Origin: an uncultured Schaedlerella sp.
GTDB lineage: Bacteria; Bacillota; Clostridia; Lachnospirales; Lachnospiraceae
DNA length: 64,000 nt
Direction of reading: 5' to 3'
Assembly: GCA_934435195.1 (NCBI GenBank)
Contig: CAKSAJ010000008.1
Location: 18,382-82,381 of the forward strand
Part shown: positions 37,639-47,500 of the stretch, in pieces
How the letters are laid out: each line of letters starts with the position of its first letter
How positions within the stretch are numbered: position 1 is the first letter of the stretch
Made by a program: the position numbers and the translations under genes
The notes under the pieces: generated by a model
What the model was told of the DNA's origin: nothing
The model's database searches: none
What the model saw: only the letters and a program-made list of their open reading frames with translations

Positions 37639-38160
37639 TTGAAAGGAGAAAAGACCATGAAACAAAACACAGCGTTAAGAGCAAGCAATTCAAAGAATCA
37701 CACACACATTATTTTCAAAAATCAGGAGCACGAAGAATTCTACTATTCTTCACTAAAGAACTGCAGATATCAAGACAGTTATCATGAAGCATTATGTTAC
37801 TGCCTTGGGATATCCGATGATACAAGACAGAATGTAAATCGTATTTATGATTTCACAACTGGGTATATCAAGCCGGAATGTCTGCATGATGGGTGGCAAA
37901 CAAGCGGTTCATTAAAAATCGTTCGTTTAGCCTTTAATCTCTATACAGATGGGGTACCGACAGTGGAAGAAGATGACAGCCATGAGGAGCAGTTAGATGA
38001 ATGTAGACAATATAGTGTTTCTGATTTATTTTGTTGCAGTTATGCAAAATACTTCTGGCAGGCAATTGGACTTCGGTATCCGGAATACGTAAATTATCGT
38101 TCAATGGAGGAAATCTTATATGGTCAAAGTGAGATTGCAGGGAACAAAACAAGATATTAA
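37639..38160 (+). CDS. Hypothetical protein (first ORF of the conjugative element)
   Basis: 173-aa ORF, cysteine-rich. No domain recognised. Confidence 0.4.
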   Translation: MKGEKTMKQNTALRASNSKNHTHIIFKNQEHEEFYYSSLKNCRYQDSYHEALCYCLGISDDTRQNVNRIYDFTTGYIKPECLHDGWQTSGSLKIVRLAFNLYTDGVPTVEEDDSHEEQLDECRQYSVSDLFCCSYAKYFWQAIGLRYPEYVNYRSMEEILYGQSEIAGNKTRY

Positions 38161-38287
38161 TTGGTTTATTGAAAGAGTATTAAAAAATAACAATGAGGTA
38201 AAAGTCTTAGATATTTCTGAGACTTATGCCAACAAAGGGACAAACAGATTTGTTCGATTGTATTCAGAAGTAGAAAAGGCTAAGTAG
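38120..38287 (+). CDS. Possible 55-aa small protein overlapping the previous ORF
   Basis: MVKVRLQGTKQDINWFIERVLKNNNEVKVLDISETYANKGTNRFVRLYSEVEKAK, with SD ggagg 8 nt upstream. Below the ORF-track size cutoff. Confidence 0.3.
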   Translation: MVKVRLQGTKQDINWFIERVLKNNNEVKVLDISETYANKGTNRFVRLYSEVEKAK

Positions 38288-38303
38288 CAGGAGGAAATAG
38301 TGT

Positions 38304-39092
38304 ATGTGTAGAGTAATTGCAATTGCAAACCAAAAAGGAGGCTGCTCAAAAACAACAACCAGTATCAATCTGGGAGTAGGACTTGCCCGCTTGGGAGAAA
38401 AAGTACTTTTGGTAGACAATGATCCGCAAGGTCATATGACAATGGGGTTGGGATTTCCAAAGAATCTGAGAGTGACGTTAAAGACGATGATGGAAAATAT
38501 TATCATGGGTGTAGAGTTTGATCCTAAAGAGGGAATTCTACATCATTCGGAGGGCGTGGATTTAGTGCCTGCTAATAAACTGCTCACAGGGATGGACATG
38601 TCTTTGATTTCAGTGGATGACCGAGAAAATGTATTGAAGGAATATTTGGAGTTATTGAAAGACGAGTATTCATATATCATCATTGATTGTATGCCGTCTC
38701 TTGGTATGCTCACGGTAAATGCGATGAGTGCAGCTGACAGCGTTCTGATACCGGTTCAGCCACAATATTATGCTGCAGACGGTCTGGTAGAACTTTTAAA
38801 AGTGATAAAAAATATCAAGAAAAGATACAATCCGAGAATTGAAATTGAAGGAATCCTGTTTACGATGGATAATTGTCGTTATAACAATTCAAAGAGAAAT
38901 AAGAAAGCGATTTGTGATGCATACGGAAATGAGCTGAATATTTTTCAAGATTCAATTCCAAGATTAGAGGCGATTGCCGAGACTGCTTCGGAAGGAATCA
39001 GTATATTTGAATATGCAGAAAATAGTAAAGGGGCAGACAGCTATGGAAGACTGGCAGAGGAGGTGTTGAATCATGGCAAGAAGAGTAAATAA
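38304..39092 (+). CDS. parA: ParA/Soj family partition ATPase
   Basis: Deviant Walker A MCRVIAIANQKGGCSKTTTSINLG and VLLVDNDPQG. Confidence 0.85.
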   Translation: MCRVIAIANQKGGCSKTTTSINLGVGLARLGEKVLLVDNDPQGHMTMGLGFPKNLRVTLKTMMENIIMGVEFDPKEGILHHSEGVDLVPANKLLTGMDMSLISVDDRENVLKEYLELLKDEYSYIIIDCMPSLGMLTVNAMSAADSVLIPVQPQYYAADGLVELLKVIKNIKKRYNPRIEIEGILFTMDNCRYNNSKRNKKAICDAYGNELNIFQDSIPRLEAIAETASEGISIFEYAENSKGADSYGRLAEEVLNHGKKSK

Positions 39093-39987
39093 AGAGATTC
39101 AACTTACGTCCTATGAGGATTTGCTTGGTGTTGAAGAAAACGAAGTTCTGTCAGATCAGATTATGGAGTTGCCAATTTCCGAATTGCATGATTTTAAGAA
39201 TCATCCATTTCAAGTCAGAGAAGATGACGAGATGGAAAAGCTTTCGGAGAGTGTCAAAGAATATGGTGTACTAAACCCTGCATTGGCAAGACCAAAAGTG
39301 GATGGTGGATATGAACTGATTTCAGGACACAGAAGAAAACTGGCGAGTATAAGAAGTCATAGAGAAACCATGCCGGTCATTGTAAGGGACTATAGTGACG
39401 ATGAAGCGGTGGCAATTATGGTGGATTCGAATATTCAAAGGGAGAACATTCTTCCGAGTGAAAAAGCCTACGCATATAAGATGAAATCAGAAGCATTGAA
39501 GCATCAAGGCATAAGTAGTGGCTACAAGGAAAACACCTCTTCTATTATTGGAAAAGAAGCCGGAGACAGTGGGAGAACGGTTCAGCGTTACATTCGATTA
39601 ACAGAATTGATACCGGAATTGTTGGAAGCAGTAGACAAGGAAAAAATCAAGTTTATGCCAGCAGTATTCTTATCATATTTAAGTCAGAGTGAACAACAGT
39701 GGGTAAGTCAATGTATTACGAAAAATAGATGTGGAGTTTCGATTGATAAAGCGAAGAAATTAAAGGAATACAGCGAAGCAAATGAATTGACAGAGCTGGC
39801 GGTCGAATTAATTTTGTTAGGTGAAAAAAGAGAAGTTATGAGTGTGACATTGCCAGAGAAGCGGATTCGACAGTACTTTCCAAAGGAGTACGGAAAGGAA
39901 CAGATAGAAAATATTATCATTTCTCTTCTGGAACAGTGGAAGCAGAATGAGGAAAGGGGAGAAGCGCATGGAGCCGATACAGTTTGA
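39073..39987 (+). CDS. parB: ParB/Spo0J-like nuclease domain partition protein
   Basis: ISELHDFKNHPFQVREDDEMEKLSESVKEYGVLNPALARPKVDGGYELISGHRRKLAS is the ParB N-terminal box II region. Overlaps the parA end. Confidence 0.75.
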   Translation: MARRVNKEIQLTSYEDLLGVEENEVLSDQIMELPISELHDFKNHPFQVREDDEMEKLSESVKEYGVLNPALARPKVDGGYELISGHRRKLASIRSHRETMPVIVRDYSDDEAVAIMVDSNIQRENILPSEKAYAYKMKSEALKHQGISSGYKENTSSIIGKEAGDSGRTVQRYIRLTELIPELLEAVDKEKIKFMPAVFLSYLSQSEQQWVSQCITKNRCGVSIDKAKKLKEYSEANELTELAVELILLGEKREVMSVTLPEKRIRQYFPKEYGKEQIENIIISLLEQWKQNEERGEAHGADTV

Positions 39988-41062
39988 CTATTTTCGTGGA
40001 CTTGAAGCAGAGCAATACAACTTCTATCGGGTGCCGAAGATATTGTTTACAGGAGAGTGCTTTCGCGCTCTCTCCTGTGAGGCAAAGGTGTTATACGGTC
40101 TGATGTTGGACCGTATGAACCTAAGTATAAAAAATCAGTGGATTGATGAAGAGAATCGACCGTATATCTTCTTTACGATTGAAGAAATTATGGAGTTTCT
40201 CGATTGCAAAACGCAAAAAGCAACGAAGCTGATGAAGGAACTGGATACGGAATCGGGTATTGGTTTGATAGAAAAGAAACGATTAGGTATGGGAAAACCG
40301 AATGTAATTTATGTAAAGAATTTCATGGTAAAGTCGAATGTAGAACCTAAATCAAAAGAAAAAGAGCCTGAAATCCCAGAAAACACGCAGACTTTTGAAA
40401 ATCAAAATTCAAGAATTTCGGAAATCAAAAATCAAGACTTTCGAGAATCAAAAATCAAGACTTTTGAAAATCAAAATACAGGACTTTTGAAAATCAAAAA
40501 TCAAGACTTTCGAGAATCAAAAATCAAAACTTTTGAAAATCAAAGTTCAAGAAATTTGAAAATCGAGAATCAAGAATTTCGAAAATCAAAATGTAATAAT
40601 ACTGATAATAATAAAACTGATTATAGTGAGACTAATCCTATCCATCTATCTGCAGATTCTGCACAGCAGAAAACTGAAGGGAGGGATTTGATGGATGAGG
40701 TGCAGATTTACACCGATATTGTGAAATCCAATATCGAGTATGACACCGTTTGGATAAACACGCCAGAGAAGGATCGAAAGTATGTAGATGAAATGGTGGA
40801 GTTGATGGTGGAGATGCTTTGCATCAAAAAGGATCCCATCCTCATTGCCGGAGCGGAATATCCTTGTCAGCTTGTGAAGAGCAAGCTGTTGAAGATTGAC
40901 TCTTCGCACATTGAATACATTTTGTGGAGCTTAAAGAAGAATACCACAAAGATTCGAAACATCAAGGCATACTTGCTGACCTGTATCTTCAATGCTCCGT
41001 CTACGATTCACAACTTCTATCACGCAGAAGTGAATCATGACCTATGCGGAGCGGGGGTGTGA
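39968..41062 (+). CDS. RepA_N family replication initiator
   Basis: FDYFRGLEAEQYNFYRVPKILFTGECFRALSCEAKVLYGLMLDRMNLS...YIFFTIEEIMEFLDCKTQKATKLMKELDTESGIGLIEKKRLGMGKPNVIYVKNF is the conserved RepA_N winged-helix N-terminal domain. Repetitive central region. Confidence 0.7.
   Translation: MEPIQFDYFRGLEAEQYNFYRVPKILFTGECFRALSCEAKVLYGLMLDRMNLSIKNQWIDEENRPYIFFTIEEIMEFLDCKTQKATKLMKELDTESGIGLIEKKRLGMGKPNVIYVKNFMVKSNVEPKSKEKEPEIPENTQTFENQNSRISEIKNQDFRESKIKTFENQNTGLLKIKNQDFRESKIKTFENQSSRNLKIENQEFRKSKCNNTDNNKTDYSETNPIHLSADSAQQKTEGRDLMDEVQIYTDIVKSNIEYDTVWINTPEKDRKYVDEMVELMVEMLCIKKDPILIAGAEYPCQLVKSKLLKIDSSHIEYILWSLKKNTTKIRNIKAYLLTCIFNAPSTIHNFYHAEVNHDLCGAGV
40388..40596 (+). repeat. About nine degenerate ~22-bp direct repeats (TTTyGARAATCAAAAATCAAGA-like) inside the RepA_N gene: iteron-type origin candidate
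   Basis: Visible as the tandem peptide repeats FENQNSRISEIKNQDFRESKIKTFENQNTGLLKIKNQDFRESKIKTFENQ. In RepA_N-family replicons the origin lies within the central repeat region of the rep gene. Confidence 0.6.
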
Positions 41063-41077
41063 AATACATAAAAACAA

Positions 41078-41719
41078 TTGAATAACGAGAAAGGAATGGA
41101 AATGCTGCAGTTGGATGAAGACCAGATTAAGGAAACCCTGAAACACTACCAAGAAATCACGCAGCAAATCCATGCTCGTGTTTTAAGTATCCGTCAAATG
41201 ATGGATGAAACAAACAATCAGCTGATTGAGATTGCATCGTATCCCAAAATAGACTTTGGCAAAACCAGTACTCGATGTGGTACACGGAAAGATTTACTGG
41301 ATGTCTATGAACGATATCAAGAGTTGATTGAAGAAAAAGAGGAGAACTTTGCAGAAGAGCTTCGGGAGCTGCTTGTCCGAGCGGAAAGTGTAAAGCGGGT
41401 ATATTTATGCTATCAGGCACTTGGAAATGAAGCCTATGAGATTGTAGACAAGCTGTACATCAAAAAGATTCCGTATAAAGCAGTGGAAGCGGAGTCGGGT
41501 TTGAATCACCGGATTTTTGAGGAGAAGAGAAAACTGGCAATCAAGGAAATACAGAGGCTCTATGAAAGTGACCGGTCGGATATGCAGATTGTCAGATATT
41601 CGAATCAGCGAAGCCACAAGAAAAAACGAACTGTGGTGGAAGTCGATGGACAGATGTCGATGATGGATTTTATGAATCAAGAGAAAGTAGAAACAGAGAG
41701 TAAAACAGGAAACGGTTGA
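41078..41719 (+). CDS. Hypothetical protein, possible sigma-70 region-4-like HTH regulator
   Basis: C-terminal YIKKIPYKAVEAESGLNHRIFEEKRKLAIKEIQRL is HTH-like. Weak call. Confidence 0.3.
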   Translation: MNNEKGMEMLQLDEDQIKETLKHYQEITQQIHARVLSIRQMMDETNNQLIEIASYPKIDFGKTSTRCGTRKDLLDVYERYQELIEEKEENFAEELRELLVRAESVKRVYLCYQALGNEAYEIVDKLYIKKIPYKAVEAESGLNHRIFEEKRKLAIKEIQRLYESDRSDMQIVRYSNQRSHKKKRTVVEVDGQMSMMDFMNQEKVETESKTGNG

Positions 41720-41723
41720 GGAG

Positions 41724-42290
41724 ATGAGAAAGATGAGTTGGAATGAACATCAGCCAGTGAAGCTGGATTGGATGAAAGAGTATTATGAAACAGAACGAAT
41801 CTATAAACAGAACCGGACAAGAGTATACATCCTGTTTGGCATTGGGATGCTGCTCAATCTTGGTCTGTGGATCTGGTATGCAAAAGCTGAAGGCTATCAT
41901 CCGGTGTTGGAGCAGCTACAAATAATCAGCCCGACTTGGAAGAACCAGTTTTTCCTGTATCTGGACGAATGGAAGAGAAGTGATATTGGGATGCGGATGT
42001 TTGGTTCAGTTATTCTGCTTGGAATGGTCGTTGGGAGAATATACAGGATATTGTGTCAAATCGGATTTCTCTTTGGTATCTGGTGGGTATGGAAACGATT
42101 TTGGCAGAAAAGTATGTTGATTTGCATGCTTTCCATTCTGTTTTGCTTTATAACCATCTGGTTCTACCTTGGTGCAGCCTATGTGATTGCGGGACCGGTG
42201 ATGTTATGTGAGTTTATGAAACTCCATACACAAAAAGTAAAACGAGAGGTACATAAAAAAGCAATTGATGTATGTAAGGATTCAAAGTGA
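41724..42290 (+). CDS. Hypothetical polytopic membrane protein
   Basis: 188 aa with 4 predicted TM helices, Trp-rich. Confidence 0.4.
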   Translation: MRKMSWNEHQPVKLDWMKEYYETERIYKQNRTRVYILFGIGMLLNLGLWIWYAKAEGYHPVLEQLQIISPTWKNQFFLYLDEWKRSDIGMRMFGSVILLGMVVGRIYRILCQIGFLFGIWWVWKRFWQKSMLICMLSILFCFITIWFYLGAAYVIAGPVMLCEFMKLHTQKVKREVHKKAIDVCKDSK

Positions 42291-42492
42291 AAAGTAAAGA
42301 GTGAATGCACGGAATAGTGGTGCATAGAGAAGGAATCGTCAGCTGTTTTGATGATTCCTTTTTTGCTGCAAAAATTCAGAAGAGAAAGGAATTATCATGC
42401 GAAAAGAGTGTTCTCGAAGCCCACCCATAGATACGACAAGGGAATAGAAAAGCCTGTCTGAGAAAACAGACTGGTTTCGGAAAGGAGAAAAG

Positions 42493-44772
42493 ATGAAGAA
42501 AAAGAAACGAGTGCAGGAGATTTTGATTGTCCTCTTTGCGTTTGTAATACTCGTCCTGTTTGTTGCTGCAGGAAGGATTGTTACCTATGCAAAAGAATCC
42601 AAAGAGGATACAGTCAAGAATAAACGCACGGAAGATATTTATTACTTTACCGAAGATACCGATTATTCGAAGATTGAACGATGTGAGTATTCGGAGATTG
42701 ACTGGACGAAGTACGGAAACAATGGAATCAAAGATGAAGGAACCAAAGAATATCTGGAAAGTATGGGGATTGATGCGGAGAAAGATGAAACCTATGGAGT
42801 CACACTGGCAAACAAACTTGCAAGTATGCCGATGACCATGGGGATTGCAGAAGACTGGGCAGTAGGAACGGTTCACTGGGGCATGTGTGATATCACATCC
42901 AGTTGGTTTGTTCCATCCGAAGGGCAGTCCTATTTTACCCTTGGAAATTTCCGTGATGGGCTGGAAGGTGTGGAGATGATCGGGGCGGGATGGTGCGCAG
43001 ACCATACCGCAGCAGAACCGGCGGCAGGTCATCAGGTTATTAGTGTTATGTGTACCGTTACAAGTGTAGATCCCTCAACCGGATGGATTTACATGAATCT
43101 GTATCTGACTCCGTATGACGCAACGACCGGACAATCAAACCAATGGGGATTGATCGGGTATCAGCATATTTCAGCCAATGTGCGTGTTAGAAAGCCGTTC
43201 AACGGAACTGCAAAGATCATCAAGAAATCTGCAAAATCGGAAGTTACCCTTAACAACAGTGGATACAGTCTGGAAGGTGCATACTATGGGATCTGGAAGA
43301 ACCGAGAATGCACCGATGGAACGGGTTTGAGTTTTACAACCAATGCAGATGGTGTGGGAGAGTTGAACGGAACATTACCGGCAGGAACGTATTACATCAA
43401 GGAATTAACTGCGCCAACCGGCTATGCGTTGGATCCAACCATTTATACCATCAACATTCAAGCAAATGGAACAGCCACGTTGAATGTGTCAGATACGCCG
43501 ATCATGAATCCGTTGGGAATCCTGTTGGGAAAGGTGGACGCAGCCACCAATCAGAACAAACCAGCCGGAAGTGGGACGCTAGAGGGTGCACTGTTTACAG
43601 TGAAATATTATGACGGTTACTACGATTCGGATCCGGCAGCACAGGGAAAGAATGCAAAGAAAACATGGATATTCCGAACAAATAATGAGGGTGTTTGTTA
43701 TTATGACAATTCCTATCTGCAAGGTGGAAGTGATGAGCTTTATCTGAATCTGGATGGAAAAGCAGCTCTGCCATTGGGAACCGTGACCATTCAGGAAACG
43801 AAGTCACCTAGTGGATATCAGAAAAATGACACGATTTATACGGTGAAGATTACAGAGGATGGGAAGGACAGCGCATCGGTGCAGACCTACAATAAACCGA
43901 CTGTTCCAGAAACATCCTTGGACTTGGAACTGACTAAAAAGCTGAAAGGCACAGAGATTATGATTCCTGGGGCAAAGTTTAAGCATACGCTGCCAAACGG
44001 CACAACCGAAATCCTCACAACAGATGGAAAAGGCAAGGCAGTGTTTCAAGGACTGACCTGGGGAAAACATATCATTGAGGAAGAGTCTGTTCCAGAGGGA
44101 TACACCAAGAATCCGGGAAAAATCGCGTTTACCGTCGGGGAAGACAATACAATTCGAGTGACAGAGAATACAGCAACGGATCTGACTGGAAAGATGACAT
44201 TTACCGTGAAATCAGATGGAAACGCAAGTCTGGTAGTAGAGGATACCTATGCACCTTATCGGCTTCATTTAACGAAAGAGAATGAAACCGGAAAGAAGCT
44301 ACAGGGGGCAGAGTTTACCCTGTATTCAGACAAGACTTGTACAAAAGAGGTTGCCAAAGGAACGACGACAGAAGATGGCACGTTGGAATTTCAGAACCTG
44401 CAGGTGGAAACGAAGTATTACCTGAAAGAAACAAAAGCTCCGAAAGGATACCGGATTCCGGTCAATCCAGACGGAAGTGCAATCGTGTATGAAATCTATA
44501 CAAAGAGTAATCCACTGGAACATGTCTTTGAATATTATGTAAATGGAACGAAGCATACAGAAAAAGACGGCATTTATGCGATTACAGGAACAAAAGAAAA
44601 TAGAATTGTAAACCTGACTGTTGTAAATGATACCGGAGTTCAGATGCCGGAGACAGGAAGCCCGCTGACGCTGTTACTTGTTCTGGCAGGAACAGGATGT
44701 ATGGCAGGGGCATTGGTTTACGCTGTGAGAAAAGGAAAGAAAGAGGATTGTGAGAATGAAAAGAAAAACTAA
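42493..44772 (+). CDS. Cell-wall-anchored surface protein with Cna B/SpaA-type isopeptide domains and a C-terminal sorting signal (MPETG)
   Basis: Signal/TM N-terminus. Repeated YYIKELTAPTGYALD / YYLKETKAPKGYRIP motifs typical of SpaA-like pilin folds. C-terminus QMPETGSPLTLLLVLAGTGCMAGALVYAVRKGKKED (sorting motif, TM, positive tail). Confidence 0.7.
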   Translation: MKKKKRVQEILIVLFAFVILVLFVAAGRIVTYAKESKEDTVKNKRTEDIYYFTEDTDYSKIERCEYSEIDWTKYGNNGIKDEGTKEYLESMGIDAEKDETYGVTLANKLASMPMTMGIAEDWAVGTVHWGMCDITSSWFVPSEGQSYFTLGNFRDGLEGVEMIGAGWCADHTAAEPAAGHQVISVMCTVTSVDPSTGWIYMNLYLTPYDATTGQSNQWGLIGYQHISANVRVRKPFNGTAKIIKKSAKSEVTLNNSGYSLEGAYYGIWKNRECTDGTGLSFTTNADGVGELNGTLPAGTYYIKELTAPTGYALDPTIYTINIQANGTATLNVSDTPIMNPLGILLGKVDAATNQNKPAGSGTLEGALFTVKYYDGYYDSDPAAQGKNAKKTWIFRTNNEGVCYYDNSYLQGGSDELYLNLDGKAALPLGTVTIQETKSPSGYQKNDTIYTVKITEDGKDSASVQTYNKPTVPETSLDLELTKKLKGTEIMIPGAKFKHTLPNGTTEILTTDGKGKAVFQGLTWGKHIIEEESVPEGYTKNPGKIAFTVGEDNTIRVTENTATDLTGKMTFTVKSDGNASLVVEDTYAPYRLHLTKENETGKKLQGAEFTLYSDKTCTKEVAKGTTTEDGTLEFQNLQVETKYYLKETKAPKGYRIPVNPDGSAIVYEIYTKSNPLEHVFEYYVNGTKHTEKDGIYAITGTKENRIVNLTVVNDTGVQMPETGSPLTLLLVLAGTGCMAGALVYAVRKGKKEDCENEKKN

Positions 44773-46657
44773 ACGAAATATGGCAATGTTGTTGACTGGA
44801 ACACTGGCACTTACCGGGCTGGTAGCGGAGCTTCCGTATTCCATGTTTTCAGACAATCTGTCGGTGGTAAAGGCAGCTGCAGAAGGTCAGGTGTATAACA
44901 CACAGAATGGCGTGGCAACATTGGGAACCGGAACTGCCGGGATTACCATTGCCGGAAACAGTGGACAGACCTTGATTGGGAAGCGGTTCAATGTCTATAA
45001 GCTGTTTTATGCAGAGAATTCAAGAGATGGGGAATCCATCAATTACACCTTCAATCCCACCTATGAACAGGCATTGAAAAATGTGGTTGCAAAGGCACTC
45101 TCTAAAGATGGAAAACAGACAAGTGCCGATCAGGTGACCGAGTACATGGTAATTGATTATATTCAGACCTTGAATACCAATCCGGTAGAAGGAACCCAGA
45201 CAGACCAGACCTTAGAAGGTTCTTACAGCCTGTTCCGATATTTTGTGGAAGAGGTACGAAATGAGATTGCAGCATTAAACGTCGTACCGGATATGGTGAA
45301 TGTAAAAAATGTCCGAAACGACAACACCGTTCGGCTGGCTGGATTGGATTATGGATATTATGTTATTGACGAAGTCAGTGCGGTGGAGAATACTCATTCT
45401 GCAAGCTCCCTTTGTATGGTGGATACCGCCAATCCAACAGCAGAAATCACCATCAAGTCGGATTATCCAAGTGTGACCAAGAAGATTCAGGAAGACGATA
45501 AAAATGCAGATATTACAGATGCAGATCGCTGGAATGACATTGGAGATTATGAAATCGGGCAGACCGTACCTTATCGTTATGATTCCAATATCCCAAATAT
45601 GAATGGATATGATACTTACTATTATGCATGGCATGACAAGATGGATGAAGCACTTACGTTCCATCCAAAGTCGGTGAAGATTTCCATTACAGGGAAAGAT
45701 GCAGCGGGAAAAGATAAAACGTACACGTTAAAAGAGGGCGAATATCTTGTAACAACAGAAGGAATCGGAGATGAAACATTTAACATAGTTGTCAATGATA
45801 TCAAAGCGATCGTAGACCGGGAATTCGATCAGATGAATGATCTGGGGGAAAATGTATACGGTCAGTCCGTGCTGCTGACTTACAATGCGACGTTGAATGA
45901 GAAGGCAGCCGACCACACCGGACGTCCGGGATTCGAAAATGACGTTCGCTTGGAATTCTCAAACGATCCGGATTCAACCGGTGTAGGCAAAACAGGATTT
46001 ACGCCATGGGATACCGTTGTGTGCTTTACTTATAAGCTAAATGTAGAGAAGCTCAATGACCATCAGAAGACCCTTGCAGGTGCAAAATTCCGTCTGTATT
46101 CCGATAAGGAATGCAAAAACGAAGTGTTTGTGAAGAATGCAGAGAATGGAACCGGATATGTTGTAATCAACCGGGATACGCTTGGAGGAACCGACCATAC
46201 CGGAGGAACAACACCAACAAATGCAGTGGAAATGGTATCAGCAGAAGATGGAACTTTTGTTATCTATGGATTGGATGGCGGCACCTACTATCTGAAAGAA
46301 ACAGACGCACCGGATGGCTACCGTCTTCTGACAACACCGATCACACTGACGGTAAAACCAACATTTACTGCAAGCCGTGATACTTATGTGAAAGGAAATG
46401 GAGCAACGGAAGATACGTTGCAGAAGCTGGAAGCAAGTGCACACATTGAAAGCTTTTACGACGGATTACTCGGAAAAGAGGATCAGACACTGACAACAGA
46501 TGTGGCGGAGGGTTCGATGAATATGACTGTCATCAATAAGGTCGGAAAGAAACTTCCGGTGACAGGTACATCTGTAGTTCTGATCATGCTCACTGCAGGT
46601 GCTGCTATGATGACAGGTGCAGTTGTGAAGGGGCGTAAGAAAAAAGAAGAGCTGTAG
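44750..46657 (+). CDS. SpaA-like pilin/adhesin subunit with LPVTG sorting signal
   Basis: Signal peptide. YYLKETDAPDGYRLL motif. C-terminal KKLPVTGTSVVLIMLTAGAAMMTGAVVKGRKKK. Confidence 0.7.
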   Translation: MRMKRKTKRNMAMLLTGTLALTGLVAELPYSMFSDNLSVVKAAAEGQVYNTQNGVATLGTGTAGITIAGNSGQTLIGKRFNVYKLFYAENSRDGESINYTFNPTYEQALKNVVAKALSKDGKQTSADQVTEYMVIDYIQTLNTNPVEGTQTDQTLEGSYSLFRYFVEEVRNEIAALNVVPDMVNVKNVRNDNTVRLAGLDYGYYVIDEVSAVENTHSASSLCMVDTANPTAEITIKSDYPSVTKKIQEDDKNADITDADRWNDIGDYEIGQTVPYRYDSNIPNMNGYDTYYYAWHDKMDEALTFHPKSVKISITGKDAAGKDKTYTLKEGEYLVTTEGIGDETFNIVVNDIKAIVDREFDQMNDLGENVYGQSVLLTYNATLNEKAADHTGRPGFENDVRLEFSNDPDSTGVGKTGFTPWDTVVCFTYKLNVEKLNDHQKTLAGAKFRLYSDKECKNEVFVKNAENGTGYVVINRDTLGGTDHTGGTTPTNAVEMVSAEDGTFVIYGLDGGTYYLKETDAPDGYRLLTTPITLTVKPTFTASRDTYVKGNGATEDTLQKLEASAHIESFYDGLLGKEDQTLTTDVAEGSMNMTVINKVGKKLPVTGTSVVLIMLTAGAAMMTGAVVKGRKKKEEL

Positions 46658-46669
46658 AAAGGATGACAA

Positions 46670-47500
46670 ATGAATAGAACATGGGGCATTAGAGCCGTTT
46701 TCCTAATTGGATTTCTGCTCTGTTGTTTTCCAATTGTCAATAACGTGATTGAGCAACGGCATCAGGCAGATGCCGTTGCAACCTATCAAAAAGCAGCAGA
46801 CAAAAGCGAAGATACATTGGAACAGATGCTTTCAGAAGCAAAAGAGTACAACGATATGCTTTACCAGTCGGAAGGTGCAATTGTAGATGGAATGGATACA
46901 CAGCTTTTATCGGATCAGAGTTACCAAACGGTGCTGGATATTTCGGGCACAGGAACGATGGGAAGTCTGGATATTCCAAAAATCAACGTAGAACTTCCAA
47001 TCTATCATGGGACGGAAGCGGAAGCACTGTCTAACGGAATCGGGCATCTGCAGGGAACCAGTCTTCCAATCGGCGGAGAGAATGTACACAGTGTTCTGAC
47101 CGGACATCGGGGACTGCCAAGTTCCAAGCTGCTGGTTCGTCTGGATGAGATGGAAACAGGAGATTTATTTTTTGTCCGGGTTGCAAATGAAACCCTTGCA
47201 TATCGGGTATCAGACATTCAGGTTGTGAAGCCGGAAGAGACGTCCTGTCTTAAAATTCAGCCGGGGAAAGATTTGGTGTCCATTGTGACATGTACTCCTT
47301 ACGGAATCAACACTCACAGGCTTGTAGTGACCGGGGAGCGTGTAGCGTACAAAAAGGCAGAGTATGAACGTATCAAGACCGAGATACCGTCTGTGCGCGA
47401 ACTGTTGTTTACGATATTGCCGTTCGCTTTTATTGCTGTATCAATCGGGTTATGGATCAAGGACAGGAGGCACATTGATTATGAAAATGAGAAGATTTAA
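46670..47500 (+). CDS. srtC: Class C (pilus-assembling) sortase
   Basis: LTGHRGLPSSKLL and VSIVTCTPYGINTHRLVVTGERV (TLxTC catalytic Cys) with a C-terminal membrane anchor. Confidence 0.8.
   Translation: MNRTWGIRAVFLIGFLLCCFPIVNNVIEQRHQADAVATYQKAADKSEDTLEQMLSEAKEYNDMLYQSEGAIVDGMDTQLLSDQSYQTVLDISGTGTMGSLDIPKINVELPIYHGTEAEALSNGIGHLQGTSLPIGGENVHSVLTGHRGLPSSKLLVRLDEMETGDLFFVRVANETLAYRVSDIQVVKPEETSCLKIQPGKDLVSIVTCTPYGINTHRLVVTGERVAYKKAEYERIKTEIPSVRELLFTILPFAFIAVSIGLWIKDRRHIDYENEKI

Noticed and set aside
40388-40596. 22-bp tandem repeats as a possible CRISPR array
   Set aside because: Repeats are contiguous with no unique spacers, lie inside a RepA_N coding frame, and there are no cas genes. Interpreted as iterons.
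42376-43032. 218-aa minus-strand ORF
   Set aside because: Antisense to the start of the 759-aa LPXTG surface protein gene, which has clear signal peptide, domains and sorting signal. Cysteine/His-rich junk composition.
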